Assembly (NCBI RefSeq): GCF_002113885.1
Contig: NW_018403913.1
Span: 574,490 to 638,489 of the forward strand
From: Mizuhopecten yessoensis
Lineage: Eukaryota
Direction of reading: 5' to 3'
Length of the DNA stretch: 64,000 nt
Part shown: piece by piece, positions 1 to 12,620 of the stretch
Layout: every line of letters begins with the position of its first letter
How positions within the stretch are numbered: position 1 is the first letter of the stretch
The notes under the pieces: model-generated
What the model was told of the DNA's origin: nothing
The model's database searches: none
The model's input: the letters and a program-made list of their open reading frames with translations, nothing else
Position numbers and translations under genes: made by a program

Positions 1-24
1 AATACGTTTTGTTTTCGAAATTCA

Positions 25-120
25 GGGCACTTGCTCTATGGCCGCCATATTGTTTTTATGTAGCAACGGGTTAAAAGTTCCCGGATGTGCTATATAGATT
101 TCAGAGTTATTTCCCTTAGA
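25..120 (-). promoter_or_regulatory. Probable promoter/5' end of a gene transcribed leftwards off the window
   Basis: Minus-strand AATATGGCGGCC (YY1-like initiator motif) at ~40-52, GTAGCAAC (RFX-like) at ~60, CCGGATGT (ETS-like) at ~81; no coding evidence in window. Confidence 0.4.
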
Positions 121-299
121 CTGAGCAAAATACATATATATAAACATATTTCATACAATAATTCTGTATATTATATGCATTGACATTTATTTTCCCAATA
201 TTTAGTTTTGAGTTAGATAACTAATAGTATCTACAAATGTACGGCAGTGTTATAGTAATTGTTTTGTGAAATTGATTTCGAAGTGCCTGCACATGTCTC

Positions 300-510
300 C
301 CGAATTTACAAGAAAGGGTCTAAATATAATCCAGAGAATTATATAGACCAATTTCTTTAACATGCATATGTTGCAAAATTATGGAACATGCTGTAGTAAG
401 TGCCATCATGACACACGCAGACAACCATAACAATCTGTATTTTGGAATTTATAGATGATGTCACGCAAATATTGAAAACTCAAAACAAACAGATGTACAT
501 GTATTAATAA
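300..510 (+). mobile_element. Decayed CR1/L2-type LINE, RT N-terminal part
   Basis: Translates with a frameshift to IYKKGSKYNPENY-RPISLTCICCKIMEHAVVS, the typical pre-RT motif of non-LTR elements. Confidence 0.75.
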
Positions 511-1349
511 TGCAGCAATAACTAGAGGCGTGGCAGTCCAGTGTTTGGTCATGCAAAATAGTGCATTCATATGTATTCGGCACTAGCATTCAGTGGGGAA
601 TGATGCATTGACTTATTTAGCATGAATTGTGTAAATTCCTCTTTTGGGATAAACTAAACACTAAATATGAGGTATATAGTAAATTCCGTGCATTAGGAAA
701 TTATATGATATTGGAAAACTACAGATTGCAATCACAATAAATGACTCTTAATATTGATATACCTTTGAAACCACAAGGGAATATGCAGGTACAAATAAAA
801 TAGACTCGATCTACCTCTATCTATCAGCCCATTTCTAATGATTTTAACTAATTCTTACAAATGGTATAGTCCCCTCCCCTCTGACAGGGGTGATCACTAC
901 ACACCAGCACAATACAGGTACATGCAGTACAGGAATATCCTAGTAGGGAACGCCGACAGAACACTGACTTCCGTCAGTGAGATGAAACCCGTAAGGGCGG
1001 ATTCATGTAGGTGCAAAACCCGTCAACCAACCAACCAACCAACCAACCAAGTAGGGTCAGGTAAATCAAAGACAGATGATCATTGACCTGACTGGACACA
1101 TGAGATTAATCCCCTATCGTTTATATAATTTAGGGTAGTGAAAACAGAGGTGTTTGGGCAGCACCCTTAGGCCTAGGGTTAACGACAATGTTAGGGAAGC
1201 GATAGAAAACAAAGGTTCAACTTTTCAATGAGAAATTCACATATGAAACGGAGGAAAATGTTCAGATCGATTTTTTGACACAGAAAAAAGGGTTTGCCCA
1301 GGCAACTAGGGCTACACCCTTGCATCGCCACTGATGTTCCTGTTATTAA

Positions 1350-2476
1350 TAATGTCAGGTGTTCCTCAAGGTTCTGTTCTGGGTCCAAGTCTGTTCTTGT
1401 TTTGCATAAACGACATACCTGTTTGCTTAAATTCCACCATACGTCTATTTGCCGATGATACCATTGCTTACCTTTTGATAAAATAAAACAGTGAGTGTAA
1501 AACCCTTCAGAAAGATCTTGATATACTAGGTATTTGGGAAAACACATGGAAAATGACTTTTCATCCTGACAAGTGTAATGTTCTATCCATCAGCAGAAAT
1601 AAAGATCCTTTCAAATACAACTGCACTTTACATGACCATACATTACAACACGTTGACAAGGCAAAAAACCTAGGAGTGACAATACGATCCGACCTAAAAA
1701 TGGCACAGTCACATTAACAACATATACAATAAGTCAAACAGCACACTTGGTTTTCTCCGAAGGAACCTTATATTAACATCAGTTCCACCTCAGTAAAGGA
1801 ACAGGCATGTAAGTCTCTAGTCAGACCACCACTAGAATATGCCTGTTCAGTCTGGGACCATTACCTTACTGAGGACATAAACACACTTGAAAAGGTACAA
1901 CGAAGGGCCGCTAGATTTGTCACTAACCGACACAGAAACATTTCAAGTGTTAGTGACATGATAAATAATCTAAAATGGAGAGACCTAGTACACAGGAGAA
2001 CTGATGTCTGCCTTGTCATGTTCTATAAAATAGCATACCAACTAATTGCCATCACATAAACAAACAGATTAATATACCACCTCTTAGACAGTCACGGCAC
2101 ACACACTCACTCTGTTATAAAATTCCATCTTGCAGAACTCAAATCCGACAAAAATCTTTTTGTCCACGGACTATTAAAACCTGGAACAGCCTTCCACTGA
2201 TCACTGTGATGAGCGACTCTATGGAGTCGATCAAAGCAGCTGTCTCAACGTACACCTATAGTCAGTAAAGTTATCATGTGTAAATAGTTTTATCATATCA
2301 TAAAAATAAAAAATGTTTTATAAAGTATGCAAATATATTTAACTCGTTTTAAATTTTAAAAAAATCATTGTTTTTTTTTACTGTAAATATTGTTCCGCTA
2401 AGCCAGGCGTAGTCCAAGTGACATAACCTTCAGCGTGTTGAAGTCGGTCAGTATAAAGTAGAAATAAAAGTAGAAG
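1350..2476 (+). mobile_element. Decayed CR1/L2-type LINE, RT core to 3' end
   Basis: SGVPQGSVLGPSLFL..IND, RLFADDT, LVRPPLEYACSVWD, LEKVQRRAARFV and TIKTWNSLP motifs with stops/frameshifts. Confidence 0.85.
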
Positions 2477-3004
2477 ATTTCTAATTATAAATCTACATGT
2501 ATAAATTGTAACTATATAATCATCTAGTGAGCAAAAATTAAAAATCTTTTTTGATTTTTACAAAGTTTCTATATCTTTCTATCTCACAAGACAAACAATG
2601 TGATGATGACATATTGAATTTATCAAAGAAAGAATTATAGACATTTTCAGTTATCGTGATATAAATTGCGAAAAAAATGTCATCACAAATCTCACCTACA
2701 TTGTACAATGTATATCATTGGCATACACTACAGTTTTATTTGGTTGCACATGTCTTGAGACAGAGTAATATTCGAAATATTTACAACGTTTTGTTCAGCT
2801 TGGTAAAACAAATCAACTTCATTGTTTTTAACTACTATCAAATGTTGTAAACTGTTATTATATTACTACTACAACACTGATTCTATTTGTTAGCTGGAGC
2901 AAACGGAAGGCGGACGGACGGGATACGAGAAAACGTGTTGCACGTGGACAGTTCTTTACAAACGAGAGTATCTGTCCATTTGGGCAGCGTTAAGTCGGAC
3001 ACGT

Positions 3005-4318
3005 GCAATTTTTATACTGGAATCCCCCACCACAAGGGACTGAACTAGGACCCTGTAGTTTTTTATTATGGAATCCCCCACCCCAAGGGACTGAGCTAGG
3101 ACCCTGTAGTTTTCTTTTATGGAATCCCCCACCCCAAAGGACTAAACTAGGACCCTGTAGTTTTCTTTTATCGAATCCCCCACCCCAATGGACTGAACTA
3201 GGCCCCTGTAGTTTTCTTATTTTGGAATCCCCCACCCCAAGGGACTGAGCTAGGACCCTGTAGTTTTCTATTATGGAATCCCCCACCCCAATGGACTGAA
3301 CTAGGACCCTGTAGATTTTTAGTATGGAATCCTCCACCCCAAGGGACTGAACTAGGACCCTGTAGTTTTTTATTATGGAATCCCCCACCCCAATGGACTG
3401 AACTAGGACCATGTAGTTTTTTTTTATTATGGAATCCCACACCCCAAGGGACTGAACTAGGACCCTGTATTTTTTTATTATGGAATCCCCCACCTCAATG
3501 GACTGAACTAGGACCATGTAGTTTTGTTTATTATGGAATCACTCACCCCAATGGAGTGAACTAGGACCATGTAGGTTTTTTTATTATGGAATCACTCACC
3601 CCACTGGACTGAACTAGGACCATGTAGTTTTTTTTTTATTTTGGAATCACTCACCCCAATGGACTGAACTAGGACCATGTAGTTTTTTTTTTATTATGGA
3701 ATCACTCACCCCAATGGACTGAACTAGTACCATGTAGTTTTTTTTATTATGGAATCCCCCACCCCAATGGACTGAACTAGGACCATGTAGTTTTTTTTAT
3801 TATGGAATCCCCCACCCCAAGGGACTGAGCTAGGACCCTGTAGTTTTTTATTCTGGAATCCCCCATCCCAAGGGACTGAACTAGGACACTGTAGTTTTCT
3901 ATTATGGAATCCCCCACCCCAATGGACTGAACTAGGACCCTGTAGTTTTTTTTATTCTGGAATCCCCCATCCCAAGGGACTGAACTAGGACCAAGCAGAT
4001 TTTTATTATGGAATCCCCCACCCCAAGGGACTGAACTAGGACCCTGTAGTTTTTTTTATTCTGGAATCCCCCATCCCAAGGGACTGAACTAGGACACTGT
4101 AGTTTTCTATTATGGAATCCCCCACCCCAAGGGACTGAACTAGGACCCTGTAGTTTTTTTTATTCTGGAATCCCCCATCCCAAGGGACTGAACTAGGACC
4201 AAGTAGATTTTTATTATGGAATCCCCCACCCCAAGGGACTGAACTAGAACCCTGTAGATTTTTATTATGGAATCACTTACCCCAAGGGACTGAACTAGGA
4301 CCATGTAGATTTTTATCG
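3005..4318. repeat. ~51-bp minisatellite (~25 copies)
   Basis: Unit TGGAATCCCCCACCCCAAGGGACTGAACTAGGACCCTGTAG(T)nATTA with variable poly-T length; ORFs here only reflect the repeat. Confidence 0.95.
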
Positions 4319-4589
4319 TCATGAATGAACAGGGACATACGGATCCAGAATGTTTTAAGGGGGTGTCACCATTCCAGATTTTAATACTTTTGCAGCATAT
4401 TGGTATGTACACTTAAAAAGTTATGTTACACAACTAACTTTTATGTCTTGTCTTGTCCAGCAGGTCAGTAATTACTTTCAGCGCATGTTCACTTTGACAT
4501 AAGTCATGTTACACAATATTTATTTTTATGTCAGTGGCTTGTACAGGTTGTCAGTAAGGACAAGTGGTATCAAATATCAGGTGCATGGA

Positions 4590-5195
4590 AGTTCTTTTAT
4601 GGAACTTTCCCCACTATCAGATGATTCTTCATATACCTGGTTTAGTTATGTTAATGATATGACATTAGACAATGATTTACATCAAATTATAGAGGATCCT
4701 GACGAATTGTACAGTAATTCCCAACTTAAAATTAAAACCAAGCAAAGTATAAAAAAGTAATATGAGATAAGATTCTTTAATAAACTAAAAATTTAAACGA
4801 GAGTAATAAAGACTTAAAGATGGAGTATGTCCCTAAAAAATACCTTAACATTTACAGCAGCAATTCAAGGAAAATGTTTACTTCATTTCGTTTTTGTGAA
4901 CACAAGCTGGAGCTAGCCGTGGGGCGTCTCAAAAGTATACCAAGAGACCAGAGACTCTGTAAAAAAATGTGATGTGTTAGAAAATGAAGTACACTTCTTT
5001 TTCGCTTGTCCCTTAATGAATCTGCCAGAAAAGAATATTTCCAAAAATGCATTCCTAATCACAATGATGCTACCGTAGATACCAATTATTTGACCTCAAT
5101 ATTATCTACAAACAACTCGCAGTTTATACTGGACTCTTGCTTATTCATTAAACAGTCTCAAGAGCTGAGGAAAGTGGGCTTGCTGACGGTATAAG
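4590..5195 (+). mobile_element. Non-LTR retrotransposon 3' remnant (RTE-X-like C-terminus)
   Basis: FRFCEHKLELAVGRLKSIPRDQRLCK..ENEVHFFFACP Cys/His C-terminal motif, same type as 14350-15170. Confidence 0.6.
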
Positions 5196-5689
5196 GTATA
5201 TGGACGTTACAGCTAAAAATGTTTAAATCAAATTTTCTATTTGAAGCTATGTTAATTTTGTTCATGTTTATGTATATTATAAATATAAGGAATTACTTTG
5301 CGACTTTTCTACATGTACATGTCTATGTATGTATTTCACTGTGTTTTACTATTTTGCCTTCAAACTAATTTGTAGTTACAAATGTGCAAATACATTTTGA
5401 ATTTATATAACGAATAAATTATTTACTTCTAAAACCACATCTGAGGGACTAGGTTGGTAGATGACAACTACAAAAGTGAAAAAAAAACTAAAACCTAAAT
5501 AGACTAGAAAATTGAAATTTAATCATTTTGTTATTCATGATAATAATCAACTTTCAAACATGAATCACATAAAAATCAAAATACTGAGCCTGAAAATGTT
5601 CAATCTATCACATAATAAACAATTGAGATGCAGAGTTAAACTCTTACAGATTAAACAAAAACTTTAACCATTGCATATATGATCTTCAT

Positions 5690-6720
5690 TGAACATCCTA
5701 CGGCAACATCTCACGGTAAGCTTTTTCAGCACGTACGGCTTCACAAGAGGGATTAGCTCTAGTGCATTCATTGGTATTGGCATCGAAGCAGACTCTACAT
5801 ACTTTACAAATATATTTTTTCAGACATATCTTTGTCATCCTAAATATTTGGTACGGACTGAGGTAATGTTTTATGGCATATACAAAATGTAAGTCAAACT
5901 TGCACTGTTCAATTCTCCACTGAGGTTGCAAAAACACTGTCGGTAATAACGTGATTTTGTGACACACGCGATAATTCCCTCAAATATCACTAGACTGCAT
6001 TGTGTAGATTATGATTTCTGTCTCTTCGAAAGAGGTTAAGATTTGCATTATATCATGCAAGTGTTGCTTTTATGTGAAGAGCGCTGTTAACCCTCCTAAA
6101 CCAAATCCCCAATAAACTTATATATTGTGAGGTTAAAATAACATTTCACTGCTTGAATGTGCTCCGTCCACATATGCACCACTTGTATTATGCAACTCTT
6201 TACCTCTTCAAAAGATGCAGGTATAATATTCTACACATTTCATTACAGCAACCTTTGAGAGAAAAAAATCGTATTGGTAACGAATTCAACGTGATACTGA
6301 CATTATCCATGAGTGGGTGCACATTTGGTTGGAGAATTTCACAGTGCAAATTAGATTGTTTGGTCACTTAAACATTCCCCAAACCAGCCAGATGACATTT
6401 TGGGTACCATGTTAATGCATGAAAGAAGAAAAAAATGATGGCCCATACTATCTGCATCATATAGCTTCTGGCTGCTATTATTCTCAATGTAGATGTTATG
6501 ATTTTGTGGAAGGTTTATACTGGTTGAGTCTAGTATCACAGAGTAATGAGTATTGCCGATGGTAAACCAGTACACGTACATTCAGTCCCCGAGGTTGGTC
6601 TAACCTTGATGATGGATTGTTTTCTGGCACAGATCACACAAGATATACTTCTATAGGAATACATTACCAGTTGAAGCCGAATTTTGTAAATTTGTAACGT
6701 AATATAGGGTTTTAGTGTCA
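5690..6720 (-). mobile_element. Heavily decayed LINE fragment
   Basis: Minus-strand fragments resembling RT (LYDAD vs LYADD) and LINE C-terminal text (KPYVLKKL); many stops. Confidence 0.35.
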
Positions 6721-6880
6721 CCTTTCTTCATCCGCTGTATTGCTTGCTACCTGTTTGAACACTTTAAATTTTGTATTTTCACATTTAAAAACAAACACTT
6801 TAGTACCACAGATGAGACCTAAATGAATGGACATAGGACACAGATAACTGCTACTTTAAGATTTGGTAATACATACAGTA

Positions 6881-6926
6881 TGTCATACAGCTGTTTCGTC
6901 CTTCTAGGACTCATCGGTGATGCTAG
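6881..6926 (-). ncRNA. Minimal type I hammerhead-ribozyme-like motif (Penelope-associated), core variant CCGATGA
   Basis: Minus strand GCATCA-CCGATGA-GTCC tagaa GGAC-GAAAC AGCT GTA-TGA; decayed relatives at ~21925-21970 and ~22268-22306. Confidence 0.6.
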
Positions 6927-7008
6927 GGGCCAAAAAGGTGATACATCAAATTTTAAACAAAATCAAATACAAAAGTGATTTAAATCTTTAACATCTATTT
7001 ATTTTTAA

Positions 7009-7617
7009 TTATTGCATCGTCTGTCGTGGCCTTTTCTCACACATGTTGGAACACAATTGTCGCAACCTCTGCCCTGCGCTAGTATGATAGTAAATGTAAG
7101 CGAGAGAAAGGGCAGACGCTATCGATAGAGGCGCCATGGCACTATAACCGGAATCGGTCACCACAACGAGTCCAAACAAGAACAGCGCCAATGCCGATAC
7201 AAGAAATCCAATCACGACTCCTCTTACAATACTCGTTCGCGTTAGATTCGGGTGTCGCCACCTGACGATGAGACCAGAACAAAGGGGAGTATATTCGACG
7301 TCTTCAGACTCCATGGTGACATTTCCATAAGATTCATTGTCGGGTGTTTGGTTGTTCCCTTCAATGAACCCGTTATCCTGGTCGGATACTAGCACTGTTG
7401 GCCCTCCTGGAGCCCAAGAGTTTTTCCGAAAGTACCACGCTATCTGGATACCGTTAATGTAGGCCACCGAGCTAGAGAAATACGCCATCACCACGTACTG
7501 TAAAGGGATCACCAGACCATACGTCGCCAGGAAGTCTGTCATCTTTCCTATCGTCGCTATCACAGCAGAACGCGTGGACTGACCAGCCGTAGAGCGCAGT
7601 TTCAGATTAAGAACAAT
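7009..7617 (-). CDS. PQ-loop repeat membrane transporter (PQLC2/cystinosin-like superfamily), exon 2 (terminal)
   Basis: Acceptor ttttgttgtacag| before 7617; phase-0 join gives FPQ|IVLNLKLRSTAGQS (second PQ motif); TM segments; stop at 7009-7011. Confidence 0.85.
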   Translation of the reverse strand: MVLNLKLRSTAGQSTRSAVIATIGKMTDFLATYGLVIPLQYVVMAYFSSSVAYINGIQIAWYFRKNSWAPGGPTVLVSDQDNGFIEGNNQTPDNESYGNVTMESEDVEYTPLCSGLIVRWRHPNLTRTSIVRGVVIGFLVSALALFLFGLVVVTDSGYSAMAPLSIASALSLAYIYYHTSAGQRLRQLCSNMCEKRPRQTMQ

Positions 7618-8216
7618 CTGTACAACAAAATAGAGAAAACATTCACCTCAACTTGTTCCACATTGATTAATAATTAATCGCCATACACGTATCATCATTC
7701 GATACAAAGAGACGCACCGTGAAAGTGCTTATTTTAGCAGTCTCAAATTTTAGTGTATTAAGGAATTTTAACAGATTAGCTCTTTGATGAATTGGCGCAC
7801 TCACACAATATGCAGGAGGAAACTGCATATAGAAACTCCAATGTACAATAATAAATTAGCGCAATGTTTAAAGTTTTAAAATGCTAAAAATGTACGCCAT
7901 CCACGATCAATTGGATATTTAATTATATAGCATCGAACAAATGCAGTTTTTATATACTTGTATTCTTTAGAGTGGCTTATTCTAGCTAGATAGGGTGCTA
8001 TTTCAAATATGGTATTCATGTATTATTATTATCATTATTCTAAGCAATAATTATTTTCTTAAACGTTTTAATAGATGGCAAACGGTTGTTCTAATAGTTG
8101 AAGTTAAACACTTTCTGAAGAATAGACGCTTTAATGTTCTCCTTTGTCTAACCCCAAGTGTCTACGATGCAATTAACACATGTTTGGTCAGTTATCTAGT
8201 CGATGCACCTGCTTAC

Positions 8217-8696
8217 CTGAGGGAATGTCTCTACACACCAAAGTGTAATCGCTACCCATTGCATCTCTGAGAACCTACGTGCAGTTAGTTGTACTGTGAT
8301 GATGGTGCCCCAAAGGACCGCACACCCAGCGGCGTAACAGTACTTGGCTTTTACAGAGAACTCCGAGTTGTATAGCCAAAACTGAACAAGAATGGTGAAC
8401 TCAAGTATCGGCATGTAGACTGCGTTAATTGAGGAGTAAACAGGCAGACTAGCGTACAGATATACGAAGAAAATATTAACCAGAGACGCCGTAAAATTAG
8501 CAGTCGCCCACAGGATACTCAGTCCCACCACTGACTTCCGACGGAAGTTCTTGTATACCTGTGGCAACAGGACAAGGAACCACAGGGTAGTACTTGTCAA
8601 ACCACAGACGTTGGCCGCCACACATGTCCATAAGGCCCACTCCGGACGACAGTTGTGTTCCAGGACATTGTCAGAGCTGTGAGATCCGTTTGACAT
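8217..8696 (-). CDS. PQ-loop repeat membrane transporter, exon 1
   Basis: ATG 8696 (in-frame ATG also at 8762); LWFLVLLPQVYKNFRRKSVVGLS is a canonical PQ-loop; donor CAG|GTAAGC after 8217; spliced product ~362 aa. Confidence 0.88.
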
Positions 8697-8960
8697 ATTG
8701 GTTATTACACTATATGTATGGACTTTGTTAGGTGATGTAAACACTTCCAAGAAAGGCCGCATCAATTCTACTTTCGGTTTGTTCTTTCCTTTATGTCCAT
8801 GCTATGTGCACTCGGATCACTTCGTCCTTTTCACTCGCATGATAGAACATACGTCTTGTCGAGGTGCTTATCGATTATATGATATGACGTGAATCCCCAG
8901 TACGAGACTTTGTGCAGCACAGGCGCTTGATACCGGTTTTAAAATCTGTTATCTGAGGGA

Positions 8961-9104
8961 TTTGTTTGTTTGTTTGTTTGTTTGATTTTGTTTAACGTCC
9001 TATTAACAGCTAAGGTCATTTAAGGACGGCCTCCCCTGTGTGCAAGATGCATGCGTGCAGGCCTAGTGTATGTGTGTGTATTTTGGGAGGCTGCGATATG
9101 TTCG
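8961..9104 (-). mobile_element. 5'-truncated SINE with 11-bp TSD
   Basis: Matches the 3' end of the SINE at 44600-44990; (CAAA)n tail; TATCTGAGGGA at 8950-8960 and 9105-9115. Confidence 0.85.
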
Positions 9105-10260
9105 TATCTGAGGGAAACTTTACCATTGATCTACATGTACTCAGGTAAAACCAACACGTAACAAGTTCACATTTTGTTTCCTGCCTTAATTCTTAATGAG
9201 CTTTACATTGTTGTCGATGCCGAAGCTTATTTAAAAAATATTTACATTCTGCATACTTGGACCCATTGACGAAAATGACATTTATTTTTTCATAACACAC
9301 GTGACCTTATTACTGCGTATTTAAACAGCACTCGATGTAGTTTTGTTATGCTAACATTAAACTACATTAAACGTGATTGGTTTGATTTCAAAGCTAAAAT
9401 ATGGTGTGTAAAGGATATAATAATAAAAAATGACTTTAAGTTGTACAAATTCAACAAATTGAATTTTGAAATTGAACCATATTTTGTTTGTTTTATTGTC
9501 ATGCTGTTGCTACATGAAGGACCCCCAGGAAAAGTTCCTGCGAAAACAAGTTTTTCTCTCTACTGCGTTGCCCCCTTGTAAAAATAGAAAAAATGACCTA
9601 TAACCGTTTTTATTTATACCTGCATTGGAAAGTTCAAAGCACTTAAAAATGTAAATATAAGGAACGATTCCGTAACAACAAAAAGAATGAAAAAAGAATG
9701 CAGTCATAAGCATATCCTTTTATAAGATTGATATAATTGCAAGACGGAAGTGAAATATATTAACACATTTGAAATATGTATAAGTAGAAAAAAATATTTT
9801 CTCAATCAAAACTGTACATGTGTACGATTCATTAGGAACACCCTTTTGTTATTTTCAAAAGAATTAGTAGTGCTGTATAACTTGAGATGGAAGCACGCAG
9901 GGAGACTTAATGTGAGAAGTAACACGCCAGATGTCACTAGCCACAACAGGATCATCCAATTCTAATTCTAGTTTCGTTTTTGTTCCTCTACATGATAATG
10001 GTGAAGCAGAAGACTTAATTAGCAAGGATTTTTCAACCACAGTGTACCTCGAATCAGAATGTATCTTCTGGTGCAAGCGATACTTACCTGACATGAAATA
10101 ATTATTAAAAAATTGTGAACATTTAGACTTGAAATATTGTTTAATTTTCGGGAAATACTAAATTAAACCGCCTTGAAGATAACAGTAAGATACGTTACCG
10201 TAATAGAAATGGTTACATAGTTTGTTTTGCATTTAGGTATTTATGTACGTCTCTGAACGG

Positions 10261-12620
10261 TCATTGTAGTGGGTACCATTGTAGTGGGTATCATTGTAGT
10301 GGGTACCATTGTAGTGGGTATCATTGTAGTGGGTATCATTGTAGTGGGTACCATTGTAGTGGGTATCATTGTAGTGGGTACCATTGTAGTGGGTATCATT
10401 GTAGTGGGTATCATTGTAGTGGGTATCATTGTAGTGGGTATCATTGTAGTGGGTACCATTGTAGTGGGTATCATTGTAGTGGGTACCATTGTAGTGGGTA
10501 TCATTGTAGTGGGTATCATTGTAGTGGGTACCATTGTAGTGGGTATCATTGTAGTGGGTACCATTGTAGTGGGTATCATTGTAGTGGGTATCATTGTAGT
10601 GGGTACCATTGTAGTGGGTATCATTGTAGTGGGTACCATTGTAGTGGGTATCATTGTAGTGGGTATCATTGTAGTGGGTACCATTGTAGTGGGTATCATT
10701 GTAGTGGGTACCATTGTAGTGGGTATCATTGTAGTGGGTATCATTGTAGTGGGTACCATTGTAGTGGGTATCATTGTAGTGGGTACCATTGTAGTGGGTA
10801 TCATTGTAGTGGGTATCATTGTAGTGGGTACCATTGTAGTGGGTATCATTGTAGTGGGTACCATTGTAGTGGGTATCATTGTAGTGGGTATCATTGTAGT
10901 GGGTACCATTGTAGTGGGTATCATTGTAGTGGGTACCATTGTAGTGGGTATCATTGTAGTGGGTATCATTGTAGTGGGTACCATTGTAGTGGGTATCATT
11001 GTAGTGGGTACCATTGTAGTGGGTACCATTGTAGTGGGTATCATTGTAGTGGGTACCATTGTAGTGGGTACCATTGTAGTGGGTATCATTGTAGTGGGTA
11101 CCATTGTAGTGGGTACCATTGTAGTGGGTATCATTGTAGTGGGTACCATTGTAGTGGGTACCATTGTAGTGGGTATCATTGTAGTGGGTACCATTGTAGT
11201 GGGTACCATTGTAGTGGGTATCATTGTAGTGGGTACCATTGTAGTGGGTACCATTGTAGTGGGTATCATTGTAGTGGGTACCATTGTAGTGGGTACCATT
11301 GTAGTGGGTATCATTGTAGTGGGTACCATTGTAGTGGGTACCATTGTAGTGGGTATCATTGTAGTGGGTACCATTGTAGTGGGTACCATTGTAGTGGGTA
11401 TCATTGTAGTGGGTACCATTGTAGTGGGTACCATTGTAGTGGGTATCATTGTAGTGGGTACCATTGTAGTGGGTACCATTGTAGTGGGTATCATTGTAGT
11501 GGGTACCATTGTAGTGGGTACCATTGTAGTGGGTATCATTGTAGTGGGTACCATTGTAGTGGGTACCATTGTAGTGGGTATCATTGTAGTGGGTACCATT
11601 GTAGTGGGTACCATTGTAGTGGGTATCATTGTAGTGGGTACCATTGTAGTGGGTACCATTGTAGTGGGTATCATTGTAGTGGGTACCATTGTAGTGGGTA
11701 CCATTGTAGTGGGTATCATTGTAGTGGGTACCATTGTAGTGGGTACCATTGTAGTGGGTATCATTGTAGTGGGTACCATTGTAGTGGGTACCATTGTAGT
11801 GGGTATCATTGTAGTGGGTACCATTGTAGTGGGTACCATTGTAGTGGGTATCATTGTAGTGGGTACCATTGTAGTGGGTACCATTGTAGTGGGTATCATT
11901 GTAGTGGGTACCATTGTAGTGGGTACCATTGTAGTGGGTATCATTGTAGTGGGTACCATTGTAGTGGGTACCATTGTAGTGGGTATCATTGTAGTGGGTA
12001 CCATTGTAGTGGGTACCATTGTAGTGGGTATCATTGTAGTGGGTACCATTGTAGTGGGTACCATTGTAGTGGGTATCATTGTAGTGGGTACCATTGTAGT
12101 GGGTACCATTGTAGTGGGTATCATTGTAGTGGGTACCATTGTAGTGGGTACCATTGTAGTGGGTATCATTGTAGTGGGTACCATTGTAGTGGGTACCATT
12201 GTAGTGGGTATCATTGTAGTGGGTACCATTGTAGTGGGTACCATTGTAGTGGGTATCATTGTAGTGGGTACCATTGTAGTGGGTACCATTGTAGTGGGTA
12301 TCATTGTAGTGGGTACCATTGTAGTGGGTACCATTGTAGTGGGTATCATTGTAGTGGGTACCATTGTAGTGGGTACCATTGTAGTGGGTATCATTGTAGT
12401 GGGTACCATTGTAGTGGGTACCATTGTAGTGGGTATCATTGTAGTGGGTACCATTGTAGTGGGTACCATTGTAGTGGGTATCATTGTAGTGGGTACCATT
12501 GTAGTGGGTACCATTGTAGTGGGTATCATTGTAGTGGGTACCATTGTAGTGGGTACCATTGTAGTGGGTATCATTGTAGTGGGTACCATTGTAGTGGGTA
12601 TCATTGTAGTGGGTACCATT
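10261..12620. repeat. 15-bp minisatellite, ~157 units, two variants in higher-order arrays
   Basis: Unit YCATTGTAGTGGGTA; 5-unit pattern to ~11010, then 3-unit pattern; stop-free in several frames. Confidence 0.97.

Noticed and set aside
3005-4318. CRISPR-like array or coding ORFs
   Set aside because: No unique spacers, no cas genes, eukaryotic context; variable poly-T shifts the frames
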